Shown one piece after another: positions 11,478 to 25,426 of a stretch of 64,000 nucleotides of DNA. Source of the DNA: Octopus bimaculoides. Its lineage: Eukaryota. The position numbers were made by a program, and so were the translations under genes. Each line of letters begins with the position of its first letter. Within the stretch, counting starts at the first letter, position 1. A model generated the notes under the pieces. The model searched no databases and was not told where the DNA came from. It was given only the letters and a program-made list of their open reading frames with translations. The stretch is taken from assembly GCF_001194135.2 (NCBI RefSeq), contig NC_068983.1:26580717-26644716 (forward strand), given 5' to 3'.

Positions 11478-13805
11478 TACAAAGATAGATGGACAGGAAA
11501 ATAACTAAAAATTTATAAGTAGGCATATTCTAATTAATTTTTTATGCAATGAAATGAAGTAAAGTATAAGAATGATATACAAACAGATAAGTTACTTTCC
11601 GTACCCTAATAGTATGTGATAGTTCTAGCTACTACTTTGTGCACACGCATCTCTCACTCACTCACTCTCTCTCTCTCTCTCTCTCTCTCAAACACACACA
11701 CACACACACAACCATATATATTTATATACACATACATGCAGATGTATATGCGTGAGTGTGTTTATGTGCGTATGTTTTTGTGTGTGTGCGTGTGTGCACG
11801 TGCACGTATGTACACACATATTATTATATTAGTAGGAATGTTATCTACAAATTTTGTGCACAAGCGTATTTCACATGAGAAACTACAACTATGTTAAAAT
11901 AGGTAAATGAAAAGGATTGCATAGGAAACTTAAATGTTTGTCTTTTTAGACATATACTCGTTTTCATTAAAAAATTTCAAACACAAAATTATTCCCATAA
12001 ATTAAACTATGTTGATTTATGCTGCAACGATGCTGAAATAGGAAGACGCGTAGCGTCTTCAAAAGCAAAGTGTTTTACATATTGGAAATTGTTATATAAA
12101 TTAAGGTGAAAAACCTTTGAGCATTGCATTTTCAATGTCATAAAATATATTTATATTCATCTGAAAACAAATAACAAAGAGTAAAAACGATTATGAATTC
12201 TCGTCCTCATAGAATATTCATTCGAAAATTATAACATAATGCTTGCCACTCCTTCTTACTAACATCTTTGTAACCAGATATACGGTGCCATTCACATGAA
12301 AGTAAACATTTACAAAGATTATTATCAAATCTTCATTTATCAACTCGTGCGATCGATTTACTTCAAAATTAACGTTACGATATTTAATATCATATCCATT
12401 CTCACATATACTCATACCTTTGTAGTCTCTCTAAACACTGGGTATTCAAGACTGTTGGGGACGAAAAGCATTTGTAGCATATATATAAAGTTCACTTTAG
12501 ACTTGAAGGAAATGTGTGAGTAATGTTGGATGTCGCTGAAAATCACATTTATAGACCCACGTCAAATGCGCACTTAATGCCACCCAAACCTGCAATACGA
12601 CAATGGTTCAAAGGATCAACCATACCGCATCATTCATCGTGCAGGTTAACATAATACACGATCGATTATTTGGTGGAGAGGTCCGTTCAGACTGTATACT
12701 TCAGTCATCATACAATGCCGGTTTTAACGACAATGAACCAGCAATTTATTCCGCAGACACTATTGTATCCCAATTCAGATATTTCCTTGAACAAATCTAA
12801 GATATCGAGTTACAATTGTTTTGTTCGGCAGCTTGCTCTTGGTATGTAAAATGATGAAGTCGGAAAAGGCTCGGAACAATTATTTTAAACAGGAAATTAA
12901 AACTGATATCCAGACAAAACAAGAAGTTTTCAAAGCTTTATTTGGAAACAAGTCTCTGTTTTTGTGCAAGCAGTACTCTGAGGCTAAGAGTATCCAAGGC
13001 AAAGTCATGGGAGAACTTTACTGTTAACGGGGACTTTAGATAGGCCAATAACGTCTTCTGACAGACCATCCGCCGACATGATAAGAATACCCCGTCTTTC
13101 ACACCTGCCATTAAGATCTTGGCTAAGGTTTCATATATTAAGCATATATTCCATATGCATACATAATTCCTGTCAACTCCGTCTTGTTGCTATACTTTAC
13201 TATGAAATGTATTATAAGTCTTGAATACAGAAATAAATAAAACTAACATTATGAACAGCAATTCTATGTTTAAATGAAAACTTAGAAGCTCAGCAATTAT
13301 TCGGAAGTCTTGATATTACTCGCTTGACACATGACACAAAAGGTATCAATCTTGAAATCTGTAATCTGTCGTACATGGCATTTGGATATCATAATTTCGT
13401 ACTGTATAGCAATATAATTTAGTGTTTGCATAAATCAGTAGAGAAATATAGTTAATAAAGCTATCAGACGTTATAGGTGAAATTACAAAATGTTATTGTC
13501 ACCAAACATATGGTGGTATATAAACAAAAATCACTACATATCACAGAAATGAAATTTTTATATATTTCACGATGCTCTTAACACTATTTGTGGGAGTAAG
13601 CAAAAATGTTGATTTCTAGGTTTTTATCTTTATTTTTTTAATACTAAATTCTATATATATGCATATGCTATATATATTTATACCNNNNNNNNNNNNNNNN
13701 NNNNNNNNNNNNNNNNNNNNNNNNNNNNNNNNNNNNNNNNNNNNNNNNNNNNNNNNNNNNNNNNNNNNNNNNNNNNNNNNNNNNNNNNNNNNNNNNNNNN
13801 NNNNN

Positions 13806-13845
<40 letters not shown>

Positions 13846-13854
13846 AGTGTTAAC

Positions 13855-14195
13855 TTTGCTAGTTAGAGAGGTGGAGCTAAATGAGTGAGAGGTAGAGTAA
13901 AAATGAGACAGGCTGTGGAGAAATGTGAGATGAGATAATAGAAGAGGGGAGTATAATAATACACTAAGGCCAGGACATCACGCTGTAAGTTGAAAGGAGA
14001 AGTGAAGACCGAGGAAAATAGACCGTGAGAATAAGTGGGAGAGAGAAGTGTTCATGACGTGTCGTAGGGTGAGGAGGGAAAGAGAACGATAGAAATGTTA
14101 TAGACATGAAGAGGAGAATTATCCGGTTAAAAGTTTGTTGAAGAGGAAGAGAGAAAGAGAGAAGTATAAAGCGATTAGCAGAGGGAAATTTTCAA
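13855..14195. repeat. Purine-rich interspersed repeat, copy 1 (possibly part of a non-autonomous Helitron)
   Basis: Shares ordered motifs with 19230-19470: ttagagaggtggag, taatacact.aggcca, ggagagagaagtgtt.atgacgtg. Confidence 0.55.
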
Positions 14196-14208
14196 GCCCT
14201 TTAATATA

Positions 14209-15230
14209 CCAGCTGAATTATCCGGCGTTGCCGGGCTAATGCTATTGTTGTTCAAATTAGTGAACAATAAATATGAAGGCATATTTTTTCCTCATAAAAT
14301 ATATCAAAATTGTAATGGTATTATTATTTAGAACTGAAAATCTGTCAATGTTGAAGCATCTGAGGGTAAACAATATTCGTTGTGCAATTTTCTGTTAGTG
14401 TCGAAATGAAAAAACCGTTGCTGCTTCAAACTCGTGAGCAATCAACTTGGCCGTGGGAGAAGCATGTATTAGAGAGATGAAGTCGAGCTAACTTGAGGGA
14501 TTGACCACGAGAATAACGAAACTCATTTTGACTGGAAACAGAAGCCTCTTAAATTCAAATGGAACATCTGTATGTATGAGGAAAAATTTAGGAATAAAGA
14601 CATTTTCTTCTTTGTGATTACCTGTTATGGTTGTTGCCTGTAGGAGAGGGGGCTTCACAGAAGTAACAATTAAGCGAGTTCCATTACACAGACGTGGTGG
14701 ATCAAGATTCCTAAACAACATACTGGGAGAATCTAGCTTTAGTGTCAAGTATTGCGGTGGTATCCCAGTGGATTTAAATGTGTTCAGAAATTCAACAGGG
14801 TATTGAAAAGCCTGATCTTGAATGATTGTTGTGTGAATTGATGGACAAATCATTTCTGATGTGTCTGTTCACTTATGAAAATGTTCATGATTCAGTTTAT
14901 CAACCATTTATTTAGTTGGAGTCAGTATCGCTCTTTCACATAATCACTTTATATCAGTGTACTAGACAATCACACATGCACTGACACCCACATACAGTCT
15001 CACATACACTCACAAACATCAACTAAACCAGACATACACAGATATACAACTACGTAACGAACGCGCAATCACACACGCACAGACTCACAGACACATACAC
15101 ACTCATATACAAAATGTGTCTTGGTCACAGTCGTGTTGGTATAATAAGTCCTTTACTATGTCGTACGTATCGAACGCACAAACGCACACACTTTCAGAGA
15201 CACATACACAATTTAAAGAAACCTGGGAGT
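14209..15230 (-). mobile_element. Internally deleted Helitron with a recognisable 3' terminus
   Basis: Helicase fragment at 14488-14860: YPVEFLNTFKSTGIPP...LFRNLDPPRLCNGTRLIV...FEFKRLLFPVKMSF. 3' hairpin CCGGC-AAC-GCCGG (14234-14222), then CTGG|T at 14212-14208. The region 14950-15230 resembles the repeat upstream of the first Helitron. Confidence 0.85.
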
Positions 15231-15339
15231 CAACTAATCTAATATCGCACTGAAAGTTTATCCGATAATGTTTTTAATTAACGCGGAACAATGTACATGT
15301 GGTTTCAATGCATTACCACTTTAAAAAGAAAATTAAGAT

Positions 15340-16500
15340 CAGCAATCTCTTGAAATTTTGCTTCTTATTGCTCTCATATCATGTTCTTTAAAACAGCTGA
15401 GAGAAGCTATCTGTTAAAGCATTACACAAGGAAATTCCATCGTTTCACGGTCTTTATTAACAACATTTCTTAGAACCGTGTATTATTTCCCAAACTTCAC
15501 TTATTTTCCCATCATGCCATATCATGCTACATAGTTTAAGTAACGCATTTTGTATGTTTTTTTCTCTTGTAGATAAAATACTCATCAAGCATTCATTACT
15601 ATTTTCAGAAAGTTCAAAATTATATGAAGAATATATAAACAAATTGTTACATGAAAAACCTCGTCAGTTTAATTTGTCAATTTTCTGAAACATTCGACCC
15701 GTCTTTAGCGAACACCTTACACTGTTTTTAGATAATAGCCACTTTTATATTTTATAAGCACACGTCCATACATATTTCCGTATCCTGACATTTTCTTGAG
15801 TAATAACTATATATTTCATACGTCATTTCTTTTCGGGTCACTTTCTGTAGTTTCTGCTTCACTTTCAACTTACTGGTATGTAATTCGAGTTAAAGTTTTA
15901 TACATCTCTTTCCAGTACCTTACGCTTATTTCCAGCGTCTTATACTCTATCTCATTTAATTTTGTCTTCTTATCACTCATCTCAAATTTCTAATGTTTGA
16001 TGTGTAACATTTTCCCATTTTGTCTTCTTTTAGTCTTTCCATTCTCCTCAATACATTCTCTTTCTTACTATTCTATATTCCTCTCTTCCATTTATTGCAT
16101 CCTCTCTTTCATTGTTTTCGATTTCCTCTTTTTCTACATTCGAAATATCTCCGCATTTATTCTGATACTGATCCATATACATTCTCGCATTTACTGCGAT
16201 AGATCCTTGATGTTTAGATACAAATATATTGGGTGTCAATTCAATTAAGCTTCCGTTATCAAATTGCTTATTTATTGCTTCTGTGTGTTGTGTTTTTCTT
16301 GGGATATTTTGTGTCTATTTTCAATATTTTTCTTCATAAATGCTTTCAGCATGGGATGCTCGGATATTGTGATAAAAAAATGTGTGGCCACGCAGAGATA
16401 ATATTTTTCATAGAATTCCAAGCTTCCTTGTTTGTTAACTTACCTATCAAGATTTAGTTCACGGTAGCCTGTCATCCGTTTTTCTCCAGTTCAGCTGTTT
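15340..16500 (-). mobile_element. Heavily decayed LINE ORF2 remnant (linker and start of RT)
   Basis: LLKLCSMIWHDGKISEVW matches the LxxLxNxIWxxGxIPxxW pattern. It is followed by GISLCNAL...KKQNFK, resembling YRGISLL...QxGFR. The strand is purine-rich. Many stops. Confidence 0.5.
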
Positions 16501-17835
16501 GGATAGAGAATATCAATGTATTTGCAATACATAATGTTCATTACCTTCTCCTTCTCTTCCATAGTCACTTCTATTTTCGGTTGACGCAATCGTAATATCT
16601 CTCATTTACTCCAGTATCAATCTATATATTCTTTTAATGCTCCATTTAATAGAGTATATTTATTTTTCAGGTATTCTTAATATGATTCTCTGTTGCATTT
16701 TTCGATAGACATGACAGTATCATATGCTTTTCGAACATTTTTCTTTTTTGATGTAGTAAATTTATGACTGCTGCGTTCCCCATGGGTCCTCCACAGTTTC
16801 CAATGTATCCGTTTATGGAGAGAGTGTATTTTGTTTGCTCACAAATAATACTTTACCCTGTATTCTCAGAATGTCGATCCATTTTCCGTCAATAATCATG
16901 TAATGAGTTGGCAGACGATAGACTTCCATCCATCGCTTTCCTCTCCGGATGAATGGGGAGAGAATATTGATTTGCGATACGTAAAATGGGGAAATAGCTG
17001 AGTAGAGAAGGATCAAGTGAATCGCTAGAAACCACATAAACAGTAATTTTCATTGTGAGAGTATGAGAAACAGAGTAGAATGATTAGAAAAAAGATACAA
17101 CGTGTCCTTACTTAAAAGAGGAAAACGGAAGACGTCGTCATTGAGCTGAATTAAAGATTAGAAAGAACATTATGAACATGAAATAAATTGAATGCATTCG
17201 TTTTGGAACATACCATCCTTATCATCCGTATCGGATTCACAATTAACAAATATTTACATTATTATGCCACACGCAGTCCTTTTCATTATATTTACATGAT
17301 ATTAACAGCTGAGTGTTTACGTTGCCAGACTTAAGCATCTAAACAGAACTCAACACTTTCTTTTTTTACAATGCTGTGGCCTGTTGTCAATGAAGTATAC
17401 TATCTTTGTCAGCTAAAACTAAAGCTGCTATCACAGGACGGCCTCCTTTTATAAAAGAAAGCAACAGTTTGCAAGAGCAAGTTATGACGATGATTTGATA
17501 TCATATCGGTGCATCTCAATTATGGTGCATAGTATTGCCAGTGACTTCCATATTTACATCCAAACCTCAGTCAAAGTTATTTCATTACCAGATCTTATAT
17601 CACTCTGCCAATTAATGTAATTATTTCCGTACACGAAACCACACATCACTAATGTTCTGCGTTCCATAATCATGACTAGGAATAATTCTGTAGTGTGTTC
17701 TACCTTCTGAAGGCATAGTGTTGAACATGATTTGGACGTAATAGCTGGACTTTCAGGTACCAATTTATGTAAGCAGTTGTTAGTAACAGTCAAATAGGTG
17801 TAATAGTAACTTAAAATTATGGCACAATGTTAGTA

Positions 17836-17995
17836 ACTTCGGGTGAGGGACTAAATCGATTACATGGACACCAATGTTCAACTGCAACATATTTTATCGA
17901 CTCCTAAATGATGAAAATCAACATCGGCGGAATTTGAACGCGAACATGGAGACGGACGAAATCCTGCTTACAATTCAGCTAGCACACCGCCTAAG
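17836..17995 (-). mobile_element. SINE family A, degenerate copy
   Basis: taaatcgattacat...ttttatcgac...atgaaaatcaacatcggcggaatttgaac...gacggacgaaat is the reverse complement of the family A body. Confidence 0.65.
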
Positions 17996-18260
17996 ATATT
18001 GATGATATTGCAAATTACAGTATGAGGTAGGTGTGTTTTAGAATAAACTATTCGGATACACGACGATTAAATACTCAGACCTTACTCCTTACTTAATAGG
18101 GCTAGGATCACCTTGTGTGAAAACGCTCCTTTCCCGTTAAATACGAAATCCAGGAAAAAGTGCCTCATGATCATTTCTTTTTTCAGTCACTAAACTGAAC
18201 ATGAGTGATTTATATCCAACCATCTCTTTTGGTAGTGATTATTTATCTAAACTTCCACTA

Positions 18261-18682
18261 GGCTTAGGAGTGGCTGTGTGGTAAGTAGCTTGCTTACCAA
18301 CCACATAGTTCCGGGTTCAGTCCCACTGCGTGGCATCTTGGGCAAGTGTCTTCTACAATAGCCTCGGGCCGACCAAAGCCTTGTGAGTGGATTTGGTAGA
18401 CGGAAACTGAAAGAAGCCTGTCGTATATATGTATATAAATATATGCATGTGTGTATGTGTGCATGTGTTTGTATGTCTGTGTGTGTCCCCCCCCCCAACA
18501 TCGCTTGACAACCGATGCTGGTGTGTTAATGTCCCCGTAACATAGCGGTTCGGCAAAAGAGACCAATAGAATAAGTACTAGGCTTCCAAAGAATAAGTCC
18601 TGGGGTCGATTTGCTCGACTAAAGGCGGTGCTCCAGCATGGCCACAGTCAAAAGACTGAAACCAGTAAAAGAGTAAAAGAGT
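18261..18682 (+). mobile_element. tRNA-derived SINE, family C, full length, with an internal (AT/GT)n tract
   Basis: Head aggagtggctgtgtggtaag...ccgggttcagtccc and tail (GTAAAAGA)2. Sister copies at 54224-54603 (-), 62917-63352 (+) and 50695-51043 (-). Confidence 0.92.
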
Positions 18683-19229
18683 ATCTAATTGCATGAGATT
18701 TTGAATCATGTTTTCTGTATTAGGCGATTGATTAGACAGCACCATTGCATCAACATGTAACAAATCATTGAAGTATGATAAATTACATACACACACACAC
18801 ACATATATATGATCCTCAGTTATGAAACCGCAATCAGGATTGAATGCATGAGATATCCCTCCCAAAATTTTCAGTTACACTTAAATTTTATTGAAGTATA
18901 AATATTCTCACGTTGTACATTTCCCCTAATCTTATGCCCTTTACTCTATCAAAGATAGGTCAATAACTAAACTCATATAATAATGTAATGTATTATAATT
19001 TATTTTTCAATTATATAGTTTAGTAAGCATCGAAAATTCGCAAAATAAAAGAGAGTTCTCCCAAAATTTCACCTTAACTTACCATTAATCAGTTTATTCG
19101 GTAGAACATTGTGCTTTGAAGGCATTAAATAATATGGAAATATCCGTCTCGTTGGTGGTCACCAAAGGAATTACACGATACTCACAGCCCAAGGCAACAA
19201 ATAATATTCCGTTCAGCTTGTTGCACATT

Positions 19230-19560
19230 TGTTAGTTAGAGAGGTGGAGGGGGAGTGAGTGGTGGAGGCGGAGTGAGAGGTGGAGGAGGAGATAGAAGGG
19301 AGAGTGAAGAAAGAAGAGAGAAATAGAGAAAGGGGATAAATATTAATACACTTAGGCCAAATGGTCATGTACTCCGTTGAAGGAAAACACGAGAAAAAGA
19401 GGAGGAGAGAAGTGTTAATGACGTGCGGTGGGGTTGGGAAGGAATTCTTACTAAGGGGTAAAAAATTTAGGTGAATCGAAAGGTTGACAGAGAAAAATGG
19501 ACAGGGGAAGCAGTTATATTGAGAGAGAGGCAGGTAGCGGTGGAGGGGAAAGAGGCATTG
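19230..19560. repeat. Purine-rich interspersed repeat, copy 2
   Basis: Similar to 13855-14195. A decayed match to the Helitron end motif (tatccg..gttg..gg) may be present near 19135-19160. Confidence 0.5.
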
Positions 19561-19565
19561 GTGGT

Positions 19566-19876
19566 GTGTTGATAGTTGTTCACTCCTTCACGAGGCATGC
19601 CTTGTTCATAAGGGCCAGTCTCCCGGTTTCGTTGGCGTATAGGTTCCCACCCCCACCACCACTGGACAGGACGCCGGTCTGTCGCAGGTGAGCTGGTAGA
19701 TGCAGGAGGAATTTGTGGCGAAAGATTCAGCAGAGGCTCACCATCACCTTCTGGCGGAGCCGCGTGTGGATTAGGCATTTCGCTCATAAATATTCACGTA
19801 GCTCGGTCTGATTTACGGACCCGCCATCCCTCGACCGCTAGTCTGCTGCTCTAACCACTTGGCCATGTGACTCCAC
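19566..19876 (-). mobile_element. tRNA-derived SINE with a family-B-like head but a different, V-domain-like body
   Basis: Head gtggagtcacatggccaagtggttagagcagc...tgagcgaaatgcctaa...ggctccgccag parallels family B. The body contains cctgcgacagaccggcgtcctgtccag (19688-19662). Confidence 0.8.
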
Positions 19877-21959
19877 GTTTTCTTCAAGGTCACCCTCTTT
19901 AAAGTCAATATTATGTTCGTAGCACTTTTTAATCAATGTCGTGAAATGCTATCTTTGTGACTAGAATGTTAAGTCAGCGAAAATATAGCTAAGGTTGCTT
20001 GTGATATTTATATAGTTTCTGGGCATTATGAAGGTGAATGGAATATGTGAACTTAGTACACAACCGCACACCCACACTTCAAGTTCTGACAAAGCATCGG
20101 TGACTTATAGATTCAGTGTTGTCAAGCTTCGGTGACTCATTGACTCATATAGCTACATTTGTGATTTCATTGGATTAATTCTATTAATAAACATTTAAAT
20201 TAGGAGCATGTCTTAAATCCCTAGCTTCACATTTCAACAGCATAACTGAACTTTAGCATTCTTAACAGGAACTGAGAGGGATGTCGTGGAATAGAAACTG
20301 TGGGTGATACAGATAATTTGCCATTATTTTTTAATTCTGCACGTAAAAACATATAAGATAAAGGTATTATTATTATTATAATTTTTTTTTTTTGTCTTAA
20401 GACAAATTCTTTGATGATCAGTGTGATCAGCCAGCAATTTCAAATCTATGAATAATAAATGTCCCAGTCGATATCTATATATTTACAAGTTTCATTGCAT
20501 GTGCATGTGTGTGTGTGTGTCTGTGTGTGTTGTATGTCGGTTAGATTGTTTGCATGTTCGTTTATGTGTATACATGTATGTATATATATATNNNNNNNNN
20601 NNNNNNNNNNNNNNNNNNNNNNNNNNNNNNNNNNNNNNNNNNNNNNNNNNNNNNNNNNNNNNNNNNNNNNNNNNNNNNNNNNNNNNNNNNNNNNNNNNNN
20701 NNNNNNNNNNNNNNNNNNNNNNNNNNNNNNNNNNNNNNNNNNNNNNNNNNNNNNNNNNNNNNNNNNNNNNNNNNNNNNNNNNNNNNNNNNNNNNNNNNNN
20801 NNNNNNNNNNNNNNNNNNNNNNNNNNNNNNNNNNNNNNNNNNNNNNNNNNNNNNNNNNNNNNNNNNNNNNNNNNNNNNNNNNNNNNNNNNNNNNNNNNNN
20901 NNNNNNNNNNNNNNNNNNNNNNNNNNNNNNNNNNNNNNNNNNNNNNNNNNNNNNNNNNNNNNNNNNNNNNNNNNNNNNNNNNNNNNNNNNNNNNNNNNNN
21001 NNNNNNNNNNNNNNNNATGCACATACATAGACACACATTTACCCAAATGCACACGTACACTCATACAAACTCATACACGGACACGTGTATATATTAAAAC
21101 AGGCAGAAGAGACATGCGCACACCTACACGAAATTCTTTCACAATATACTTTATTGTAATGACATGTCTTTAAACATTTCCTCTATTAAAAATACCTCGT
21201 TATTATTCCATTTCGAGGCGATATATGTCATAACTTGTGTACATCATATCAGATATTGTCTCGTTCAATAGAAATTATATTTATATTTACATCTTAACAC
21301 CAGATTTATAGTGAGAACCAGTAAATTATCTTAACCAGCTCTTATATTTATAATTGATACAGAGATAATTTATTTTTCATTACATCAAATTTCATGTCTC
21401 ATAAAAGTTAAATACACATGTTCAAAAACAGACACTTCTTCAGTATACCTATCATTCTGTCCATCTTTATATATTTATGTATATCAACTAATCAATACTC
21501 CTATGTGTATGTATGTAGTATGTATGTATGTATGCGTGTATGTATGTATGTATGTATGTATGCATATATATGTGTGTGTGTGACTGTATTATGTATGTAT
21601 ACAGACACATAATGAAAGAAACTGAAGCATAAATTTCTAGGCATATGAATATCCTTGGTGGTAAGTGATTACGTTTCACTTCAAATATATGTATTTCTTG
21701 ATATAAAAAAAAAGTAGGTAAATATTTAAAACATGTCAAATAAAGACTCAAGTCAGTAATAAACGTAGAGAACACAAATATTCCCTGCTGATAGTCATAT
21801 ATTTCACTCATTATGTGCTCTATCCGTTGAAGTGCATTTAGATGTATGTAAATTGTTCCTCTAATTTAAATTAATAATCAATTCGCTTCTTTGCTCATCA
21901 GTTATTTTTATCCTTGCACTGTTGTGACAATTGGAACTATTCCACACACTTCGTTTAGA

Positions 21960-22303
21960 AGTGGTTTTCAAACAAAGTCAATATGACCCCTGAGGTTCCA
22001 TATAAAATTGGGGGGACCAAGATAGAAAATAGTAAATTCTAGGGATATACAGTAGTGTTTTAAGGGCCCCAGATAAATTTTGCTTTCGATGTATATATTG
22101 ATATTTACTGTAAGTAACAGCTACGTTTTGTTCCTTAACATTTTACATAGTTCAAACTATACAGGTTGATGTGTGAAAAACGAAATATAAATTTTGCAAG
22201 AAGCTTCCATAAAACTGTTTTTTTAAAAACTGAATGGCTACTGGGGTCTACTAGAATAAAACAGCAAAGTGGTCGATAGATAAAAAATGGTTGAGTACCA
22301 CTG
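21960..22303. mobile_element. hAT (Charlie-like) MITE
   Basis: Ends (c)agtggttttcaaac and ggttgagtaccactg fit a CAGTGGTTCTCAACC-type TIR. Flanks gtttaga(..) and gtttagat fit an 8-bp TSD if 2 bp were lost at the left junction. Confidence 0.75.
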
Positions 22304-25300
22304 GTTTAGATTATCTATGTACTTCTGTTCCGAAGAATCAATGTAGGTCTTCACAGGTCTATGTGCTTGTTCTCTTGGCATGATTTTTGGTATACCTTAG
22401 CAAAATTCTAGTGTTACAGAATTATTAGGCTGTCTTCTACTTACATGGCTTAACTATTTCCGTTACTTTCACTTTAGTAGTTCGCCAGTTGTGTGTGACA
22501 TGTCGAGAACTCATGGAAGTACTTCCAAACCTGTTTCATATACATATACTTTGTTCGAAGTGCAAACGTTGTATCTCGAAAGTTGATTTTAAATGTCTCT
22601 CCACGTTGCAAACGTCACATATTTTCATTCAACTTTTAAATATTTGTCTTATAAATAAACTTCCAAGTATTTTTCGCAACGAAATTTCATCACGTAATTA
22701 TCTTGTCCCTCATACTGTCACAATTTCCTATGAATGCGTCTACGAGGGAGAAGAGAAAACGCATAATTGAAATATTTCAGTATGGAATTTCATTCTATAT
22801 GCATGGTGGTCAAACCTATGATAACAACAATGATATTAAGTGTAGTTAAGCTTGTTGCAATTGATATTATACCCCAAAAGAATGAACGTCTTTATTATAT
22901 TTTTGTTTTGTGTAAGATGTGTGAGTTTATCCTGGCCCGTTTTGATGTCTTCGCTGGTAGTCTCTGTACGAAATATATAAAATGTCTATAGACTGGCAGA
23001 TCTCGTTAAGCGAATCTAAATTCTATATGACTACACCATCATATATGTCCACAGCATTGTATGATTCATACATGCATAACGAAAGCAGCTGCTTCGATTT
23101 TCTCGAACAAGAGGAATGTACTTCTTAAAAATGTCTTTCTACAGCATTAGTTATATTTTATTTTACATATACATTATATACTTGAATATAATCTATATAT
23201 ATAAGTGTATGTGTATCTGCGTGTTTGCAGGGGCATATCCATATATATTATAGATAGGTATACACACAAACACACACGCACACACACACACTCACATACA
23301 CGTACACACGGATAAAAGCAAGACCAATGATATATATGCATTATTTTTTTGTTTCCTTGTGTGCACGTGTATGTGTATGTGTTTGTGTGTGCTTGTGTGT
23401 ACGCGCGTGCAGGTGTGCGTGCGTGCGTTTGTGTGTCTGTGTGTGTGTAAGTGCATATGTGCGTGTCTGTGTGTCTGTGTGTGCGTATGAGACTGTCTGA
23501 ATACATGGTACATTATTTTATATTTCGAAAGTTGCCTAGAAACTGTGATGCTCTACATTCAGACGATTTTGTCAGCTCCATGCTGTGATCCAGATGAAAG
23601 ATGTTTCAAATTCATAAACAGACACGTTCATTGATTTATGACTGATTGTGTATACATGCATACATACACGCATATANNNNNNNNNNNNNNNNNNNNNNNN
23701 NNNNNNNNNNNNNNNNNNNNNNNNNNNNNNNNNNNNNNNNNNNNNNNNNNNNNNNNNNNNNNNNNNNNNNNNNNNNNNNNNNNNNNTATATATATATATA
23801 TATATTCATAAGTATGTATATACAAAAGAAAACATAAATCAGTTTCTTGTGTATTTTCTATATCTATCTCTGGATATGCTCTTCGAACATTTCTCTGTAA
23901 TGTCCAATGGATTTCATAGCAACGAATTAAAAAGCTAAAAAAAAAAACCAAAAAAAAAACCCAGAATGAATTGGAAATAAATTTATCGCCAGGAGTCTTT
24001 CGGAACGAAGGCAGACAACAATGTCAGGAAAGTATGATACCAGCATCGACAAGAGACAAGGTGAAACTGAAGCAATCACAAAGCCGTCATGTATTCGGAG
24101 GATCAAAATACGAATGCAATTATCTTCATTATTCTCCGTCTGTCTCTTCTATAAGTCTGAGCGTTTATTGCTATAGCTAAATTAAAAAGAATTGAATTAC
24201 GTGAATTTATTATTATTTTTTTTGTTCGTTATAAACTAACAACTAAAGTCTCTTCCTCGTAATGTTGGAAATGTAGTCGTTAATGGAAGTAAATCTGTGA
24301 TATATAGTTTTGCATAGATAATGGTAATCGGGTTATTTAACCGGAGCAGCAATTCGACATTTAGACATTCATTAATACTTCACTTCACTTAAGCTGTCAA
24401 AGTACAAAATACTGACAAATGCATGTATCAGCCCCAAATGCATATATATATATATATATATATATANNNNNNNNNNNNNNNNNNNNNNNNNNNNNNNNNN
24501 NNNNNNNNNNNNNNNNNNNNNNNNNNNNNNNNNNNNNNNNNNNNNNNNNNNNNNNNNNNNNNNNNNNNNNNNNNNNNNNNNNNNNNNNNNNNNNNNNNNN
24601 NNNNNNNNNNNNNNNNNNNNNNNNNNNNNNNNNNNNNNNNNNNNNNNNNNNNNNNNNNNNNNNNNNNNNNNNNNNNNNNNNNNNNNNNNNNNNNNNNNNN
24701 NNNNNNNNNNNNNNNNNNNNNNNNNNNNNNNNNNNNNNNNNNNNNNNNNNNNNNNNNNNNNNNNNNNNNNNNNNNNNNNNNNNNNNNNNNNNNNNNNNNN
24801 NNNNNNNNNNNNNNNNNNNNNNNNNNNNNNNNNNNNNNNNNNNNNNNNNNNNNNNNNNNNNNNNNNNNNNNNNNNNNNNNNNNNNNNNNNNNNNNNNNNN
24901 NNNNNNNNNNNNNNNNNNNNNNNNNNNNNNNNNNNNNNNNNNNNNNNNNNNNNNNNNNNNNNNNNNNNNNNNNNNNNNNNNNNNNNNNNNNNNNNNNNNN
25001 NNNNNNNNNNNNNNNNNNNNNNNNNNNNNNNNNNNNNNNNNNNNNNNNNNNNNNNNNNNNNNNNNNNNNNNNNNNNNNNNNNNNNNNNNNNNNNNNNNNN
25101 NNNNNNNNNNNNNNNNNNNNNNNNNNNNNNNNNNNNNNNNNNNNNNNNNNNNNNNNNNNNNNNNNNNNNNNNNNNNNNNNNNNNNNNNNNNNNNNNNNNN
25201 NNNNNNNNNNNNNNNNNNNNNNNNNNNNNNNNNNNNNNNNNNNNNNNNNNNNNNNNNNNNNNNNNNNNNNNNNNNNNNNNNNNNNNNNNNNNNNNNNNNN

Positions 25301-25426
25301 NNNNNNNNNNNNNNNNNATATATATATATATAATACATTTCTAAATCTCCGAGGGAGACATATGCAGTAGTAATATGATAAAGTAGTTGTATGCTATCAG
25401 CGTAAAGTGACAGTCACATGAATGGA

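Noticed and set aside
12030-12065. 8-bp hairpin gaagacgc-gta-gcgtcttc after ctgaaata
   Set aside because: The flanks do not match CUGANGA or GAAA, and there is no CTRR end to make it a Helitron terminus.
12180-13130. Moderately GC-rich stretch with several 60-75 aa ORFs
   Set aside because: No recognisable motif in any frame. It is probably an old repeat, but I cannot support a call.
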